Assembly (NCBI GenBank): GCA_020024645.1
Contig: JAHHTN010000002.1
Location: forward strand, 1,008 to 65,007
Direction of reading: 5' to 3'
From: Faecalimonas sp.
GTDB lineage: Bacteria > Bacillota > Clostridia > Lachnospirales > Lachnospiraceae
Length of the DNA: 64,000 nt
In this document: one piece after another, positions 18,696-29,594 of the stretch
Layout: every line of letters starts with the position of its first letter
How positions within the stretch are numbered: the first letter of the stretch is position 1
The notes under the pieces: generated by a model
Databases searched by the model: none
What the model saw: the letters and a program-made list of their open reading frames with translations, nothing else
What the model was told of the DNA's origin: nothing
Translations under genes and position numbers: made by a program

Positions 18696-20675
18696 ATGGA
18701 CAATAAAAATAATAAAAATAAGAATAAGAACCAGAAAAACAACAAACAAGGTTGGGCTATTATTCTTTTTACAACACTAGTAACATTGCTTTTAGTGTTG
18801 GGGTTATATCAATTTATGCCAGGAAGCAATCCAAAAGAAATTACGTATGACCAGTTTTTGAAAATGGTGGACGAAAGAAAAGTAGAAAAGGTTAAGATTT
18901 ATTCAGATAAGATAGAGATTACCCCAAAGAAAAAGGATGGAAGTAAGGATACGGAACTTATGTTTCCATCAATGGCACCTAAATATTATACAGGTGTTAT
19001 GAAAGATGATACATTATCAGAAAGATTGTATAAGGCAAAAGTAAAATATACACATGAAATTCCAGATTCTGGTGGAGAGATGTTTTGGAATATTATGCTT
19101 ACATTGGTATTACCTACATTACTCTTGTTTGGTGTATTCTCATTTTTTATGAGAAAGATGTCAAAAGGTGGAGGAATGATGGGAATTGGTAAAAGTAATG
19201 CCAAGATGTATGTAGAGAAGCAAACTGGAGTTACGTTTAAAGACGTGGCTGGTCAGGATGAAGCGAAGGAATCCTTACAGGAAGTGGTTGATTTTCTTCA
19301 TAATCCTGGGAAATATACAAGTATTGGTGCAAAACTTCCGAAAGGAGCACTGCTTGTAGGACCACCAGGAACAGGTAAAACACTTTTGGCAAAAGCTGTT
19401 GCAGGAGAAGCAAAAGTACCATTTTTTTCGCTTTCAGGTTCGGCATTTGTAGAAATGTATGTTGGTGTAGGTGCTTCAAGAGTGAGAGATTTATTTAAAC
19501 AGGCACAAGCTATGGCTCCATGTATCATTTTCATCGATGAAATTGATGCTATCGGAAAAAGTCGTGATAATGCTATGGGAAGTAACGATGAACGTGAACA
19601 GACATTGAATCAGTTATTAGCAGAGATGGATGGCTTTGATACAGATAAAGGACTTTTATTGTTAGCGGCTACGAATAGACCAGAAATTTTGGATCCAGCC
19701 TTGTTAAGACCAGGACGTTTTGATAGACGAATTATTGTAGATGCACCAGATTTAAAAGGTCGTGTAGACGTGTTAAAAGTACATGCAAAAGATGTTAAAA
19801 TGGATGAAACAGTGGATTTAGAAGCAATTGCTCTTGCAACTTCAGGAGCAGTAGGTTCAGATCTTGCAAATATGATTAATGAAGCTGCGATCAATGCGGT
19901 TAAGAATGGAAGACAAGTAGTTTCACAAGCTGATTTATTTGAGGCTGTAGAAGTTGTTCTTGTAGGAAAAGAGAAGAAAGATCGTATTATGAATGCAGAA
20001 GAAAGAAAGATTGTTTCATATCATGAGGTTGGGCATGCGTTAGTAAGTGCATTACAGAAAGATGCAGAGCCAGTTCAAAAGATTACAATTGTACCGAGAA
20101 CAATGGGAGCCCTAGGATACGTTATGCAGACTCCAGAAGAGGAAAAATTCTTAAATACAAAGAAAGAATTAGAAGCAATGCTTGTAGGTATGCTTGCTGG
20201 TCGTGCTGCAGAAGAAATAGTTTTTGATACAGTTACAACAGGTGCCTCTAATGATATTGAAAAAGCAACAAAAATTGCTCGTGCAATGATTACGCAGTAT
20301 GGTATGTCTGAAAAATTTGGTTTGATTGGTCTAGAATCTATTCAGCACAAATATTTAGATGGACGCCCAGTAATGAATTGTGGAGAGGAAACAGCTGCAG
20401 AAATTGATAGGGAAGTAATGCAAATGTTGAAAGATGCCTATGAGGAAGCAAAACGTCTTCTTTCAGAAAATCGTGAGGCATTAGATAAAATTGCGGCATT
20501 CCTAATTGAAAAAGAAACGATTACTGGTAAAGAGTTTATGAAGATTTTTCATGAAGTGCAAGGAAATGAAGAAGAGCCACAGAAACCAAGAATAGGGATG
20601 AAGGTCGAAGAGCAAGAACAGTTGGAACATTCAAAAGAAGCCAATGTAGAAGAGCTTGAAACAACAGAAGAATAA
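18696..20675 (+). CDS. ftsH: ATP-dependent zinc metalloprotease FtsH
   Basis: Two TMs, GPPGTGKT, FIDEIDA, LLRPGRFDR, HEVGH zinc motif. Confidence 0.97.
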   Translation: MDNKNNKNKNKNQKNNKQGWAIILFTTLVTLLLVLGLYQFMPGSNPKEITYDQFLKMVDERKVEKVKIYSDKIEITPKKKDGSKDTELMFPSMAPKYYTGVMKDDTLSERLYKAKVKYTHEIPDSGGEMFWNIMLTLVLPTLLLFGVFSFFMRKMSKGGGMMGIGKSNAKMYVEKQTGVTFKDVAGQDEAKESLQEVVDFLHNPGKYTSIGAKLPKGALLVGPPGTGKTLLAKAVAGEAKVPFFSLSGSAFVEMYVGVGASRVRDLFKQAQAMAPCIIFIDEIDAIGKSRDNAMGSNDEREQTLNQLLAEMDGFDTDKGLLLLAATNRPEILDPALLRPGRFDRRIIVDAPDLKGRVDVLKVHAKDVKMDETVDLEAIALATSGAVGSDLANMINEAAINAVKNGRQVVSQADLFEAVEVVLVGKEKKDRIMNAEERKIVSYHEVGHALVSALQKDAEPVQKITIVPRTMGALGYVMQTPEEEKFLNTKKELEAMLVGMLAGRAAEEIVFDTVTTGASNDIEKATKIARAMITQYGMSEKFGLIGLESIQHKYLDGRPVMNCGEETAAEIDREVMQMLKDAYEEAKRLLSENREALDKIAAFLIEKETITGKEFMKIFHEVQGNEEEPQKPRIGMKVEEQEQLEHSKEANVEELETTEE

Positions 20676-20682
20676 AGAACTC

Positions 20683-20715
20683 AAAAGATTGCGATTTCAT
20701 TCGCAATCTTTTTTT
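20683..20715 (+). terminator. Terminator after ftsH
   Basis: AAAAGATTGCGA / TCGCAATCTTTT plus T run. Confidence 0.85.
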
Positions 20716-20780
20716 GCTTGATAGGAGTGAATAAAAAAATGCAAATATAAAAAATATATAAATAAAAAATGAAATATTTC

Positions 20781-20809
20781 TTGCAAAATAAAGGGGAGTG
20801 TTATACCAT
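20781..20809 (+). promoter_or_regulatory. sigA promoter for APC permease
   Basis: TTGCAA, 17 nt, TACCAT. Confidence 0.6.
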
Positions 20810-20841
20810 TAATATAGTAATTAAACAAAAGGAGAAAAACT

Positions 20842-22245
20842 ATGAATCAAAAAAACGAAAAAAAAATTCTGTGGTACAGCCTTGCGTTTATGGCGTTTGG
20901 TGGTGTATGGGGATTCGGTAATGTTATTAATGGATTCTCAGAATACAATGGTCTGCAGGCAATTGTTGCTTGGATAATTGTATTCGGTATTTACTTTGTA
21001 CCATATGCGTTGATGGTAGGAGAACTTGGTTCTGCATTTAAAAATGCGAATGGTGGTGTAAGTTCATGGATTTCAGCGACTATGGGAAAAAGACTTGCTT
21101 ACTATGCAGGTTGGACATATTGGGTAGTACATATGCCTTATATTTCGCAGAAACCAAATTCAGCAGTTATTGCAACAAGTTGGATTTTATTCCAGGATAG
21201 TAGAGCAAGTCAGATGAATACAACAGTGATGCAGATTTTGTGTCTTGCAATTTTCCTCTTAGCATTGTACCTTGCATCTAAAGGAATATCTATGTTGAAG
21301 AAAATTTCTACACTTGCGGGAACCGCAATGTTTATTATGTCTATTCTATATATTGTATTAATGATGGCTGCACCAGCAATTACAAATGCACCATTATTAG
21401 AAATTGACTGGTCTTTGAAAACATTTATGCCAACATTTGATATGAAATTTTTTACAGGGCTATCAATCCTTGTATTTGCTGTAGGTGGCTGTGAAAAATT
21501 TTCACCATATGTAAACAAAACGAAAAATCCAGCAAAAGATTTTTCAAAAGGCATGATTGCGTTAGCTGTTATGATTTGTGTATGTGCTATTTTAGGAACA
21601 ATTTCAATGGGAATGATGTTTGATTCTAAAAATATCCCTGCTGACCTTATGACAAATGGTGCATACTACGCATTCCAGAAATTAGGAGATTACTATCACG
21701 TAGGTAACTTGTTCGTAATTTTATATGCCGTTACGCAATTCCTTGGACAGTTCTCCGTTATGGTTATTTCTATTGATGCGCCACTTTGTATGTTACTTGG
21801 AAACTCTGATGAGAATTATATTCCAAAAGCAATGTTTAAACAGAATAAACATGGTGCATATACAAATGGTCACAAATTAGTAGCAGTAATTGTAAGTATT
21901 TTAATTATTATTCCTGCATTTGGTATTAAGAATGTAGACGTTTTAGTAAAATGGCTTGTAAAATTAAATTCTGTATGTATGCCATTACGTTATTTATGGG
22001 TATTTGTTGCTTATATTGGATTGAAAAAAGCAGGAGAAAAATTTGCTCCTGAGTATAAATTTGTAAAGAATAAAACAGTTGGTATTATTTTTGGAGCATG
22101 GTGCTTTATCTTCACAGCAATTGCTTGTGTTGGTGGTATTTATTCAGATGATTTATTCCAACTTGTATTAAATATTCTTACACCATTTGTTCTTTTAGGC
22201 TTAGGTGCAATTATGCCTATTCTAGCAAAAAAATCAAACAAATAG
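20842..22245 (+). CDS. APC-superfamily amino acid permease
   Basis: About 12 TMs, VWGFGNV, ELGSAF...GGVSSW, FAVGGCE. Confidence 0.88.
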   Translation: MNQKNEKKILWYSLAFMAFGGVWGFGNVINGFSEYNGLQAIVAWIIVFGIYFVPYALMVGELGSAFKNANGGVSSWISATMGKRLAYYAGWTYWVVHMPYISQKPNSAVIATSWILFQDSRASQMNTTVMQILCLAIFLLALYLASKGISMLKKISTLAGTAMFIMSILYIVLMMAAPAITNAPLLEIDWSLKTFMPTFDMKFFTGLSILVFAVGGCEKFSPYVNKTKNPAKDFSKGMIALAVMICVCAILGTISMGMMFDSKNIPADLMTNGAYYAFQKLGDYYHVGNLFVILYAVTQFLGQFSVMVISIDAPLCMLLGNSDENYIPKAMFKQNKHGAYTNGHKLVAVIVSILIIIPAFGIKNVDVLVKWLVKLNSVCMPLRYLWVFVAYIGLKKAGEKFAPEYKFVKNKTVGIIFGAWCFIFTAIACVGGIYSDDLFQLVLNILTPFVLLGLGAIMPILAKKSNK

Positions 22246-22255
22246 GAAGATAAAT

Positions 22256-22293
22256 AAAAAGGTATATCCTGTTTTACGGGATATGCCTTTTTT
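22256..22293 (+). terminator. Terminator after APC permease
   Basis: AAAAAGGTATATCC / GGATATGCCTTTTT. Confidence 0.75.
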
Positions 22294-22341
22294 GCATATA
22301 GAAGATGTGTTAAAATATAAAGGGTAGAAAGGGAAAATGAA

Positions 22342-24183
22342 ATGTTTAATATAGAGGAAGAGTTAAAGAAATTACCAAGCAAACCCGGTGTATATTTAAT
22401 GCACGATGAAAAAGATAATATTATTTATGTGGGAAAAGCGATTAGTTTAAAAAATCGTGTACGACAGTATTTCCAAAGTAGTCGGAACAAGGGAGCTAAA
22501 ATTGAACAAATGGTTACACATATTTCACGTTTTGAATATATTGTGACAGATTCTGAATTAGAGGCACTTGTATTAGAATGTAATCTGATTAAAGAACATA
22601 GACCTAAATATAATACAATGTTAATGGATGATAAGACATATCCGTTTATTAAAGTAACGGTGGAAGAAGATTATCCGAGAATTTTGTTTGCTAGGGAGAT
22701 AAAGAGAGATAAAGCAAAGTATTTTGGGCCATATACAAGTGCAAGTGCAGTAAAAGATACGATAGATTTAATTCGTAAACTTTATTATATACGAAGTTGT
22801 AATCGGAATTTACCCAAAGATATTGGAAAAGAACGACCATGTTTAAATTATCATATAAAACAATGTTATGCTCCATGCCAAGATTATATTTCTAAGGAAG
22901 AATATAGAAAGTCAGTACAACAAGCATTAAAATTTCTTGGTGGTGAATACGATAAGATTTTAAAAACATTAGAAGAAAAGATGCAGCAAGCATCAGAAGA
23001 ATTGGATTTTGAGAAAGCAATTGAGTATAGAGAATTATTAAATAGTGTCAAACAAATTGCTCAGAAGCAGAAAATAACCAATAGTGACGGAGAAGATAAA
23101 GATGTTTTAGCAGTTGCTATAGAAGAAAATGATGCAGTTGTACAAGTATTTTTTATTCGTGGTGGAAGGCTGATTGGCCGGGATCATTTTTATATGAAGA
23201 TTAGCCATGGGGAAACGAAAAGCGAAATTTTAGAGAACTTTATTAAACAATTCTATGCAGGAACACCGTATATTCCCCGCGAACTTATGATACAGGAAGA
23301 GTTGAAAGAAAGTAGACTTTTGGAAGAGTGGCTTACACAAAAAAGAGGACATAAAGTGTATATCACAGTTCATCAAAAGGGACAAAAAAAGAAATTAGTA
23401 GATTTAGCAGAAAAGAATGCAAAACTTGTTCTTTCTACAGATAAGGAAAGATTGAAAAAGGAAGAAAGAAGGACAATTGGTGCGATAAAAGAAATCGAAA
23501 AATTACTTGGTTTGTCGAATCTGTCTAGAATGGAGGCGTTTGATATTTCTAATACGAATGGGTTTGATTCAGTTGGTTCCATGATTGTATATGAAAATGG
23601 AAAACCAAAGAGGAACGATTATCGAAAGTTTAAAATAAAAGGTGTACACAAGATAGATGATTATGCCAGTATGGAAGAGGTTTTAACAAGAAGATTTGAG
23701 CATGGTATAAAAGAAAAAAATAATGGAAAAGAGCTAGGAAGTTTCACGTCATTTCCAGATTTGATTATGATGGATGGTGGAAAAGGACAGGTGAATGTTG
23801 CTTGTAATGTTCTAGAAAAACTACATTTGCACATTGCGGTTTGTGGTATGGTAAAAGATGACAATCATAGGACAAGAGGTTTATATTATAATAACGTGGA
23901 AATACCGATTGATAAAAATTCAGAGGCCTTTCGTCTTATCACACGTATTCAGGATGAAGCACATCGTTTTGCCATTGAATTTCATCGAAAATTACGTGGA
24001 CAAGGACAAGTTCATTCGATTTTAGATGACATAAAGGGAATAGGACCAGCAAGAAGAAAAGATTTAATGAAACATTTTTTGAGTTTAGATGCAATTAAAA
24101 AAGCAACGGTGGAAGAACTGAAAAAATTACCATCGATGAATGAAAAATCTGCTCAGGAAGTGTACAATTTTTTCCATAAATGA
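22342..24183 (+). CDS. uvrC: Excinuclease ABC subunit C
   Basis: GIY-YIG (GVYLM..IYVGKA), [16 protein letters not shown] coiled coil, [15 protein letters not shown], HhH GIGP. Confidence 0.97.
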   Translation: MFNIEEELKKLPSKPGVYLMHDEKDNIIYVGKAISLKNRVRQYFQSSRNKGAKIEQMVTHISRFEYIVTDSELEALVLECNLIKEHRPKYNTMLMDDKTYPFIKVTVEEDYPRILFAREIKRDKAKYFGPYTSASAVKDTIDLIRKLYYIRSCNRNLPKDIGKERPCLNYHIKQCYAPCQDYISKEEYRKSVQQALKFLGGEYDKILKTLEEKMQQASEELDFEKAIEYRELLNSVKQIAQKQKITNSDGEDKDVLAVAIEENDAVVQVFFIRGGRLIGRDHFYMKISHGETKSEILENFIKQFYAGTPYIPRELMIQEELKESRLLEEWLTQKRGHKVYITVHQKGQKKKLVDLAEKNAKLVLSTDKERLKKEERRTIGAIKEIEKLLGLSNLSRMEAFDISNTNGFDSVGSMIVYENGKPKRNDYRKFKIKGVHKIDDYASMEEVLTRRFEHGIKEKNNGKELGSFTSFPDLIMMDGGKGQVNVACNVLEKLHLHIAVCGMVKDDNHRTRGLYYNNVEIPIDKNSEAFRLITRIQDEAHRFAIEFHRKLRGQGQVHSILDDIKGIGPARRKDLMKHFLSLDAIKKATVEELKKLPSMNEKSAQEVYNFFHK

Positions 24184-24226
24184 TATACTAGACAAAGAGA
24201 GTATTTTAAATAGGAGGAGGAAATGT

Positions 24227-25162
24227 ATGAGTTGCGCTGGAAGTGTTGAGTTAGAAAAATTAGTTAAAAAGATGGAATTAGAAAATCTCACACCAGATAT
24301 AGATATGACAGAGAGAGTAATTACTGTTCCAGATATTAATCGACCTGCATTGCAGTTAACAGGTTTTTTTGATCATTTTGACTCAGAGCGTATTCAAGTG
24401 ATAGGATATGTGGAATATACCTATTTACAAAGAATGCCAGAAGAGAGAAAAGAGATTATATATGAGCAATTGTTATCGTATGATATTCCGTGTCTGATAT
24501 ATAGTACAAAAGTATATCCAGATGAACTGATGTTGAAAAAAGCAAACGAAAAAAATATTCCAGTATTTGCTACAAGTAAAAAAACATCTGCATTTATGGC
24601 GGAAGCAATTCGTTGGTTAAACGTAGAACTTGCACCTTGTATTTCTATTCATGGTGTTTTGGTTGATGTATATGGCGTAGGTGTGCTAATTATGGGAGAA
24701 AGCGGTATTGGAAAAAGTGAAGCGGCTTTGGAATTAATCAAGAGAGGTCACAGACTTGTAACAGATGATGTGGTTGAGATTAGAAAAGTTAGCGATGAGA
24801 CACTTGTTGGTACGGCACCTGATATTACAAGACATTTAATTGAATTACGAGGCATTGGAATTGTAGATGTTAAGATGCTTTTTGGTGTGCAAAGTGTAAA
24901 AGAAACACAAAATATTGATCTTGTTATTACATTGGAAGATTGGAATAAAGAAAAAGAATACGACAGACTTGGTTTGGAAGAAGAGTATACCGAATTTCTT
25001 GGAAATAAAGTGGTGTGTCATTCGATTCCAATTCGTCCAGGACGAAATCTTGCGATTATTGTGGAATCAGCATCGGTAAATCATAGACAAAAACAGATGG
25101 GGTATAATGCAGCACAGGAATTGTATAGAAGAGTACAAGAAAATTTAACACAAAATAAATAG
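24227..25162 (+). CDS. hprK: HPr kinase/phosphorylase
   Basis: INRPALQL, HGVLVDVYG.GVLI.GESGIGKSE, LVTDD, ELRGIGI, RPGRN. Start ATG 24227 after AGGAGG. Confidence 0.97.
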   Translation: MSCAGSVELEKLVKKMELENLTPDIDMTERVITVPDINRPALQLTGFFDHFDSERIQVIGYVEYTYLQRMPEERKEIIYEQLLSYDIPCLIYSTKVYPDELMLKKANEKNIPVFATSKKTSAFMAEAIRWLNVELAPCISIHGVLVDVYGVGVLIMGESGIGKSEAALELIKRGHRLVTDDVVEIRKVSDETLVGTAPDITRHLIELRGIGIVDVKMLFGVQSVKETQNIDLVITLEDWNKEKEYDRLGLEEEYTEFLGNKVVCHSIPIRPGRNLAIIVESASVNHRQKQMGYNAAQELYRRVQENLTQNK

Positions 25163-25173
25163 GAGAGAAAGAA

Positions 25174-26106
25174 ATGAGATATTGCTTTGGAGTTGATATT
25201 GGTGGAACAACAGTCAAAATGGGATTATTTCATTTTGATGGTTCGTTAGTAGAAAAGTGGGAAATTGAAACAAGAAAAGAAAATCATGGGGAAAAGATTC
25301 TTCCAGATGTGGCAACTGCTATTCAGGAAAAAATGAAAGCACATAAGTTGGAGAAAGAAGCAGTTTTAGGTGTAGGAGTCGGAATACCTGCGCCAGTTAC
25401 AGACGAAGGAATTGTACAGGCAACTGCTAATTTAGGTTGGGGATACAAAGAAGTAAAACATGAATTAGAGACATTAGTAGGTATTCCTGTAAGAGTGGGA
25501 AATGATGCCAATGTAGCAGCTTTAGGTGAAATGTGGAAAGGTGGTGGATTTGGACACAAAAATATGATTATGGTAACACTTGGTACAGGTGTTGGTGGTG
25601 GAATTATTTCTAACGGGCACATGGTAGTTGGTGGACATGGTGCAGGTGGAGAAATAGGACATGTCTGTGTCAATTATGATGAAACAGAACAATGTGGCTG
25701 TGGAAATAGAGGATGCTTAGAACAATATGCATCTGCAACAGGAATTGTAAGACTAACCAAAAAACGTCTTGCAAAAAATGAAGATGCAACTGTATTACGC
25801 AATGAAGAAATCAGCGCTAAAACAGTGTTTGATGCAGTGAAAGAAAATGATACAGTTGCAATTGAAATTGCGAAAGAATTTGGGAAATATTTAGGATATG
25901 CTTTGGCAAATTTGGCGGCAGCAGTAGATCCAGAAATGATTGTAATTGGTGGAGGAGTTTCCAAAGCAGGAACAATACTTTTAGATTATATTACAGAATC
26001 GTTTAGAGAAAGAGCGTTATTTGCTAATAAAGAATGTCGATTTGAATTGGCGAGACTTGGGAATGATGCAGGAATCTATGGCGCAGCAAAGTTGATTCTT
26101 GAATAA
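25174..26106 (+). CDS. glcK: ROK family glucokinase
   Basis: GVDIGGT, NDANVAALGE, TLGTGVGGG, GEIGH, CGCGNRGCLE. Confidence 0.9.
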   Translation: MRYCFGVDIGGTTVKMGLFHFDGSLVEKWEIETRKENHGEKILPDVATAIQEKMKAHKLEKEAVLGVGVGIPAPVTDEGIVQATANLGWGYKEVKHELETLVGIPVRVGNDANVAALGEMWKGGGFGHKNMIMVTLGTGVGGGIISNGHMVVGGHGAGGEIGHVCVNYDETEQCGCGNRGCLEQYASATGIVRLTKKRLAKNEDATVLRNEEISAKTVFDAVKENDTVAIEIAKEFGKYLGYALANLAAAVDPEMIVIGGGVSKAGTILLDYITESFRERALFANKECRFELARLGNDAGIYGAAKLILE

Positions 26107-26120
26107 TTGAATAAAATTTT

Positions 26121-26158
26121 AGAGACCGCAGTGTTTTACAACATTACGGTCTCTTTTT
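26121..26158. terminator. Terminator between glcK and PBP gene
   Basis: AGAGACCGCAGTGT / ACATTACGGTCTCT stem plus T run. Confidence 0.7.
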
Positions 26159-26160
26159 GG

Positions 26161-28707
26161 TTACGGAAAGGTCGGTGGAACGGGTTGTCCTGTATTTTGA
26201 TTCGTACCAGTATTGTTATTATTAGGAGTTTCACCTTCTTCGTTGGTATCGGTTTCATCATTATCAGATGGATTTTGTGTTGAATCACCTTCGTCAGAAG
26301 TATTGCCGTTTGTATTTTCATTTGTTTTATTTGGTTCATGTGTTATTCCACCAACAGAACCGGCATATCCAGCATGGCTTGAACAAACTTTATCCGAACC
26401 ACCGTCTAGTGCTATATATTCCATATGGTATGGACAAGAACTGTCAGCTACTTTTCCTGAAATAGAACATACCTTTCGTTTTGCTACAGTGTTTGGTATT
26501 TCAAAATCTTTATATGGTAGGCTCTTATGAATTCTTGACATAATACCTTTCCACAATTTTTGGTTATAATTTCCACTTGGAAGTTCTTTGTTATCATCAA
26601 AACCAACCCATACGGAGCAGGTATAGTAAGGGGTATAACCACAGAACCAAATATCTACACGAGAAGTTGTTGTACCTGTTTTTCCGGCAACTGGCATATT
26701 TGGAAGAGTGGCCTGCTTACCAGTTCCTTGCTTGACAACGTCTTCCATAGCGCTTGTCAAAAGATATGCGGTGGATTCGCGTAACGCTGTTCTTGATTTA
26801 GATGTATTATCAATAAGAACATTTCCTTCATGGTCTAAAATCTTTGTATAGAAGATAGGAGAGTTATAAACTCCACCATTAGCAATTGCAGCATAAGCAC
26901 CTGTCATTTCTAAGTTGGAAACCCCATCTGTAATACCTCCAAGTGCGGTTGGAAGTTGTAAATCACTGTATACTTTTCCGTTGATTTTTTTTGATTTGAC
27001 TAATGATGTAATACCTAATTTTTCTGAGTATTCAAATCCGAGTTGAGGAGTGATTTCCTCAAAAGTTTTTAAGGCACTAATGTTAACGGAATCTTGAATA
27101 GCAGTTCGCATTGTGACATTACCTTTGAAACCATTATAGGCATTTTTGTAAGATTTTCCATTTCTTTCGAAAGGTTCATCTTTTGTTACAGTACCTAAAG
27201 ATTGTCCTGCACTGTCTAGGGCCGGGGCATAAACAGTTACAATTTTAAAAGCTGAACCTGGTTGTCTTAAAGAACCGGTTGCACGATTTAAACTTCTATT
27301 GGATTGTTTTTTTCCACGTCCACCTACAAGAGCTTTCACTTCTCCAGTGTATTGATCCATAATAACTGCAGAAGCTTGCGGTTGTGGAGAAAAGATGACT
27401 TTTTCGTCGTATTTATCTCCCTCTTGTGCAAGAGATGCTTTAAATGCTTCTATACGAGCTTTTGCTTTTTCAGGTGAAGAAAAAAGAAGTCCTTGTTTAT
27501 CTTTATATTGTTCTTTTCCGAATTTTTTGAGGTGACCAGAACTATAATTTTCTTGAGTACCATCTTTTCTTGTGATAGTTAATGCATATTCAACACCTGT
27601 ATATATAGATGAAGGATAGTTCTTATCGTTATTCATTTCTTCATCGACAATTTTTTGGATTGAAGAGTCTTGTGTAGCGTAAATAGTCAATCCACCACTA
27701 TATAATGCGTTAATAGCTTGTGTCTCAGAATAGCTTGGATACCCAGCGTCTGTTCGTTGTAAATCTTCAATTACTTGGTCCGCAAGAGCGTCAATAAAAT
27801 AAGAGTCAACGTCTGAACTTGCAAGTTGTGTGTTTACATTTTGGATACGAGCATATACATCATCTGCTAATGCTTCGTCATATTCTGCCTGTGTAATAAG
27901 TTCCTGTTCCATCATTTTGGTTAAAACTTTTTTACGACGTTGTTCGTTCTTTTTAGGATTTGTCACAGGGTTAAATGTACTTGGGCTTTGTGTGATTCCA
28001 GCAATAGTAGCACATTCAGATAAAGTTAGTTGAGAAACATCTTTATTGAAATAGCGCTTAGAAGCAGCTTGTACACCTAAAGTGTTTTGTCCTAAGTTGA
28101 TGGTGTTCATATAATTTTCTAAAATTAAATCCTTATCCATCTGTTTTTCGATTTCTAAGGCTAAGTATTGTTCCTGAATTTTACGTTCAAGACTTTCGAA
28201 AAAACTATCTTCATTCATAAAATCAGGAAAGACAGTATTTTTAATTAACTGTTGCGTAATTGTACTGGCACCTTCAGAAAAATTCCCACTGGTTACTCCA
28301 ACAATTCCTGCACGAACAATTCCTTTTAAATCAATACCTTTATGCTGATAAAAACGAGAATCTTCGATGGCAATAAATGCATGACGAAGATGAACTGGAA
28401 TTTCATCGAAAGTTTTGTATACACGGTTAGAACCAGAAGAAACAAATTTTTCTATTTCTTTTCCATTTTTATCAACAACAAATGTCGTATATCCAGTGGG
28501 TTTTACATTTGCTGGAGATATATTGGGTGCGTTGTCAATAGTTTTCTTTACAAAGAAACCAACACCAATTATACCGACAATTCCAATGAGTAGAATACAA
28601 AGTATAATGGATTTAAAAAGACGGGAAAAAATTCGTTTTTTCTGCATCTTTGCTTTTGAAGTAATTTCCCGTTGCTTTTTCGAAGCGTTCTTTTTTCCAT
28701 AATTCAT
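26161..28707 (-). CDS. Class A penicillin-binding protein (PBP1A family)
   Basis: Glycosyltransferase motifs EDSRFYQH, GASTITQQL, RKIQE; transpeptidase SAFK, SVN, KTG; low-complexity C-terminal tail. Confidence 0.95.
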   Translation of the reverse strand: MNYGKKNASKKQREITSKAKMQKKRIFSRLFKSIILCILLIGIVGIIGVGFFVKKTIDNAPNISPANVKPTGYTTFVVDKNGKEIEKFVSSGSNRVYKTFDEIPVHLRHAFIAIEDSRFYQHKGIDLKGIVRAGIVGVTSGNFSEGASTITQQLIKNTVFPDFMNEDSFFESLERKIQEQYLALEIEKQMDKDLILENYMNTINLGQNTLGVQAASKRYFNKDVSQLTLSECATIAGITQSPSTFNPVTNPKKNEQRRKKVLTKMMEQELITQAEYDEALADDVYARIQNVNTQLASSDVDSYFIDALADQVIEDLQRTDAGYPSYSETQAINALYSGGLTIYATQDSSIQKIVDEEMNNDKNYPSSIYTGVEYALTITRKDGTQENYSSGHLKKFGKEQYKDKQGLLFSSPEKAKARIEAFKASLAQEGDKYDEKVIFSPQPQASAVIMDQYTGEVKALVGGRGKKQSNRSLNRATGSLRQPGSAFKIVTVYAPALDSAGQSLGTVTKDEPFERNGKSYKNAYNGFKGNVTMRTAIQDSVNISALKTFEEITPQLGFEYSEKLGITSLVKSKKINGKVYSDLQLPTALGGITDGVSNLEMTGAYAAIANGGVYNSPIFYTKILDHEGNVLIDNTSKSRTALRESTAYLLTSAMEDVVKQGTGKQATLPNMPVAGKTGTTTSRVDIWFCGYTPYYTCSVWVGFDDNKELPSGNYNQKLWKGIMSRIHKSLPYKDFEIPNTVAKRKVCSISGKVADSSCPYHMEYIALDGGSDKVCSSHAGYAGSVGGITHEPNKTNENTNGNTSDEGDSTQNPSDNDETDTNEEGETPNNNNTGTNQNTGQPVPPTFP

Positions 28708-28881
28708 GAGTTTTGCCTCCTTTTACTATGATATTATATCAAATAACCAATTTTAAATAAAGCGAAAAATTAAAAGTTCATAAATAGTAGGAAAAACTTA
28801 AGAAAATCTTGTGAATAGCAAGAAATTCTTTTATAGTAATAGTAAATAAGTAAGAAAAAAGTAAGAAAAGGTGAAGTGAAT

Positions 28882-29538
28882 ATGTTATCAGAATATAAAA
28901 CAGTATATGAAGGCGGAGAGGCAGAAATCATAGAAAAGAAGTCGAGATTTATCGCAACTGTGCAACCAATCAGAACAGAGGAAGAAGCATTAGAGTTTAT
29001 TGAAAAAGTGAAAAAGCAACATTGGAGTGCAACACATAATTGTTTTGCGTATACAGCGGGAGAGCGTTTTGAAATACAGCGATGTAGTGACGATGGAGAA
29101 CCTAGTGGAACAGCAGGCAAACCTATGTTGGATGTTCTTTTAGGAGAAAAGATTCATAATATAGTAGTTGTTGTTACAAGGTATTTTGGTGGTACGCTTT
29201 TGGGTACGGGGGGGCTTGTTCGAGCTTATTCGAAAGCCACACAGGAAGGAATTGCTGTTAGTAAGATTATAACCAAAATGCATGGATGTAAACTAAAAAT
29301 CACTACAGATTATACAGGATTGGGGAAAATTCAATATATTTTAGGGCAAAGTGGGATAACTGTTTTGGAATCAATTTATACAGAAAAAGTTGTGTTGAAT
29401 GTGTTAGTGCCAGAAGAAAAAGAAAAGGAACTTATAGAAGAAATTGTGGAAGGAACAAATGGACAGGCACTTATTGAAAAAGGAGAAGAATGCTATTTTT
29501 CTAAGATAGATGGAGAAATGGTTATTTTTCAGGACTAA
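28882..29538 (+). CDS. YigZ/IMPACT family protein
   Basis: EKKSRFIA, ATHNCFAY, SDDGEPSGTAG, RYFGGTLLGTGGLVRAY. Confidence 0.93.
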   Translation: MLSEYKTVYEGGEAEIIEKKSRFIATVQPIRTEEEALEFIEKVKKQHWSATHNCFAYTAGERFEIQRCSDDGEPSGTAGKPMLDVLLGEKIHNIVVVVTRYFGGTLLGTGGLVRAYSKATQEGIAVSKIITKMHGCKLKITTDYTGLGKIQYILGQSGITVLESIYTEKVVLNVLVPEEKEKELIEEIVEGTNGQALIEKGEECYFSKIDGEMVIFQD

Positions 29539-29552
29539 GAAAATAAATAGGA

Positions 29553-29577
29553 AAAGAGCCTTCGTTGAAGGCTCTTT
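29553..29577. terminator. Bidirectional terminator
   Basis: AAAGAGCCTTC-GTT-GAAGGCTCTTT. Confidence 0.8.
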
Positions 29578-29594
29578 ATCTTTGAAAGGGGTAT

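Noticed and set aside
18696-18750. Asn/Lys-rich repeat at the FtsH N-terminus as a contingency locus
   Set aside because: Imperfect codon-level low complexity rather than a pure tandem repeat; the frame is intact.
22299-22312. Possible LexA box upstream of uvrC (GAAGATGTGTTA)
   Set aside because: Two mismatches in the GAAC-N4-GTTC core; expected by chance in AT-rich DNA.
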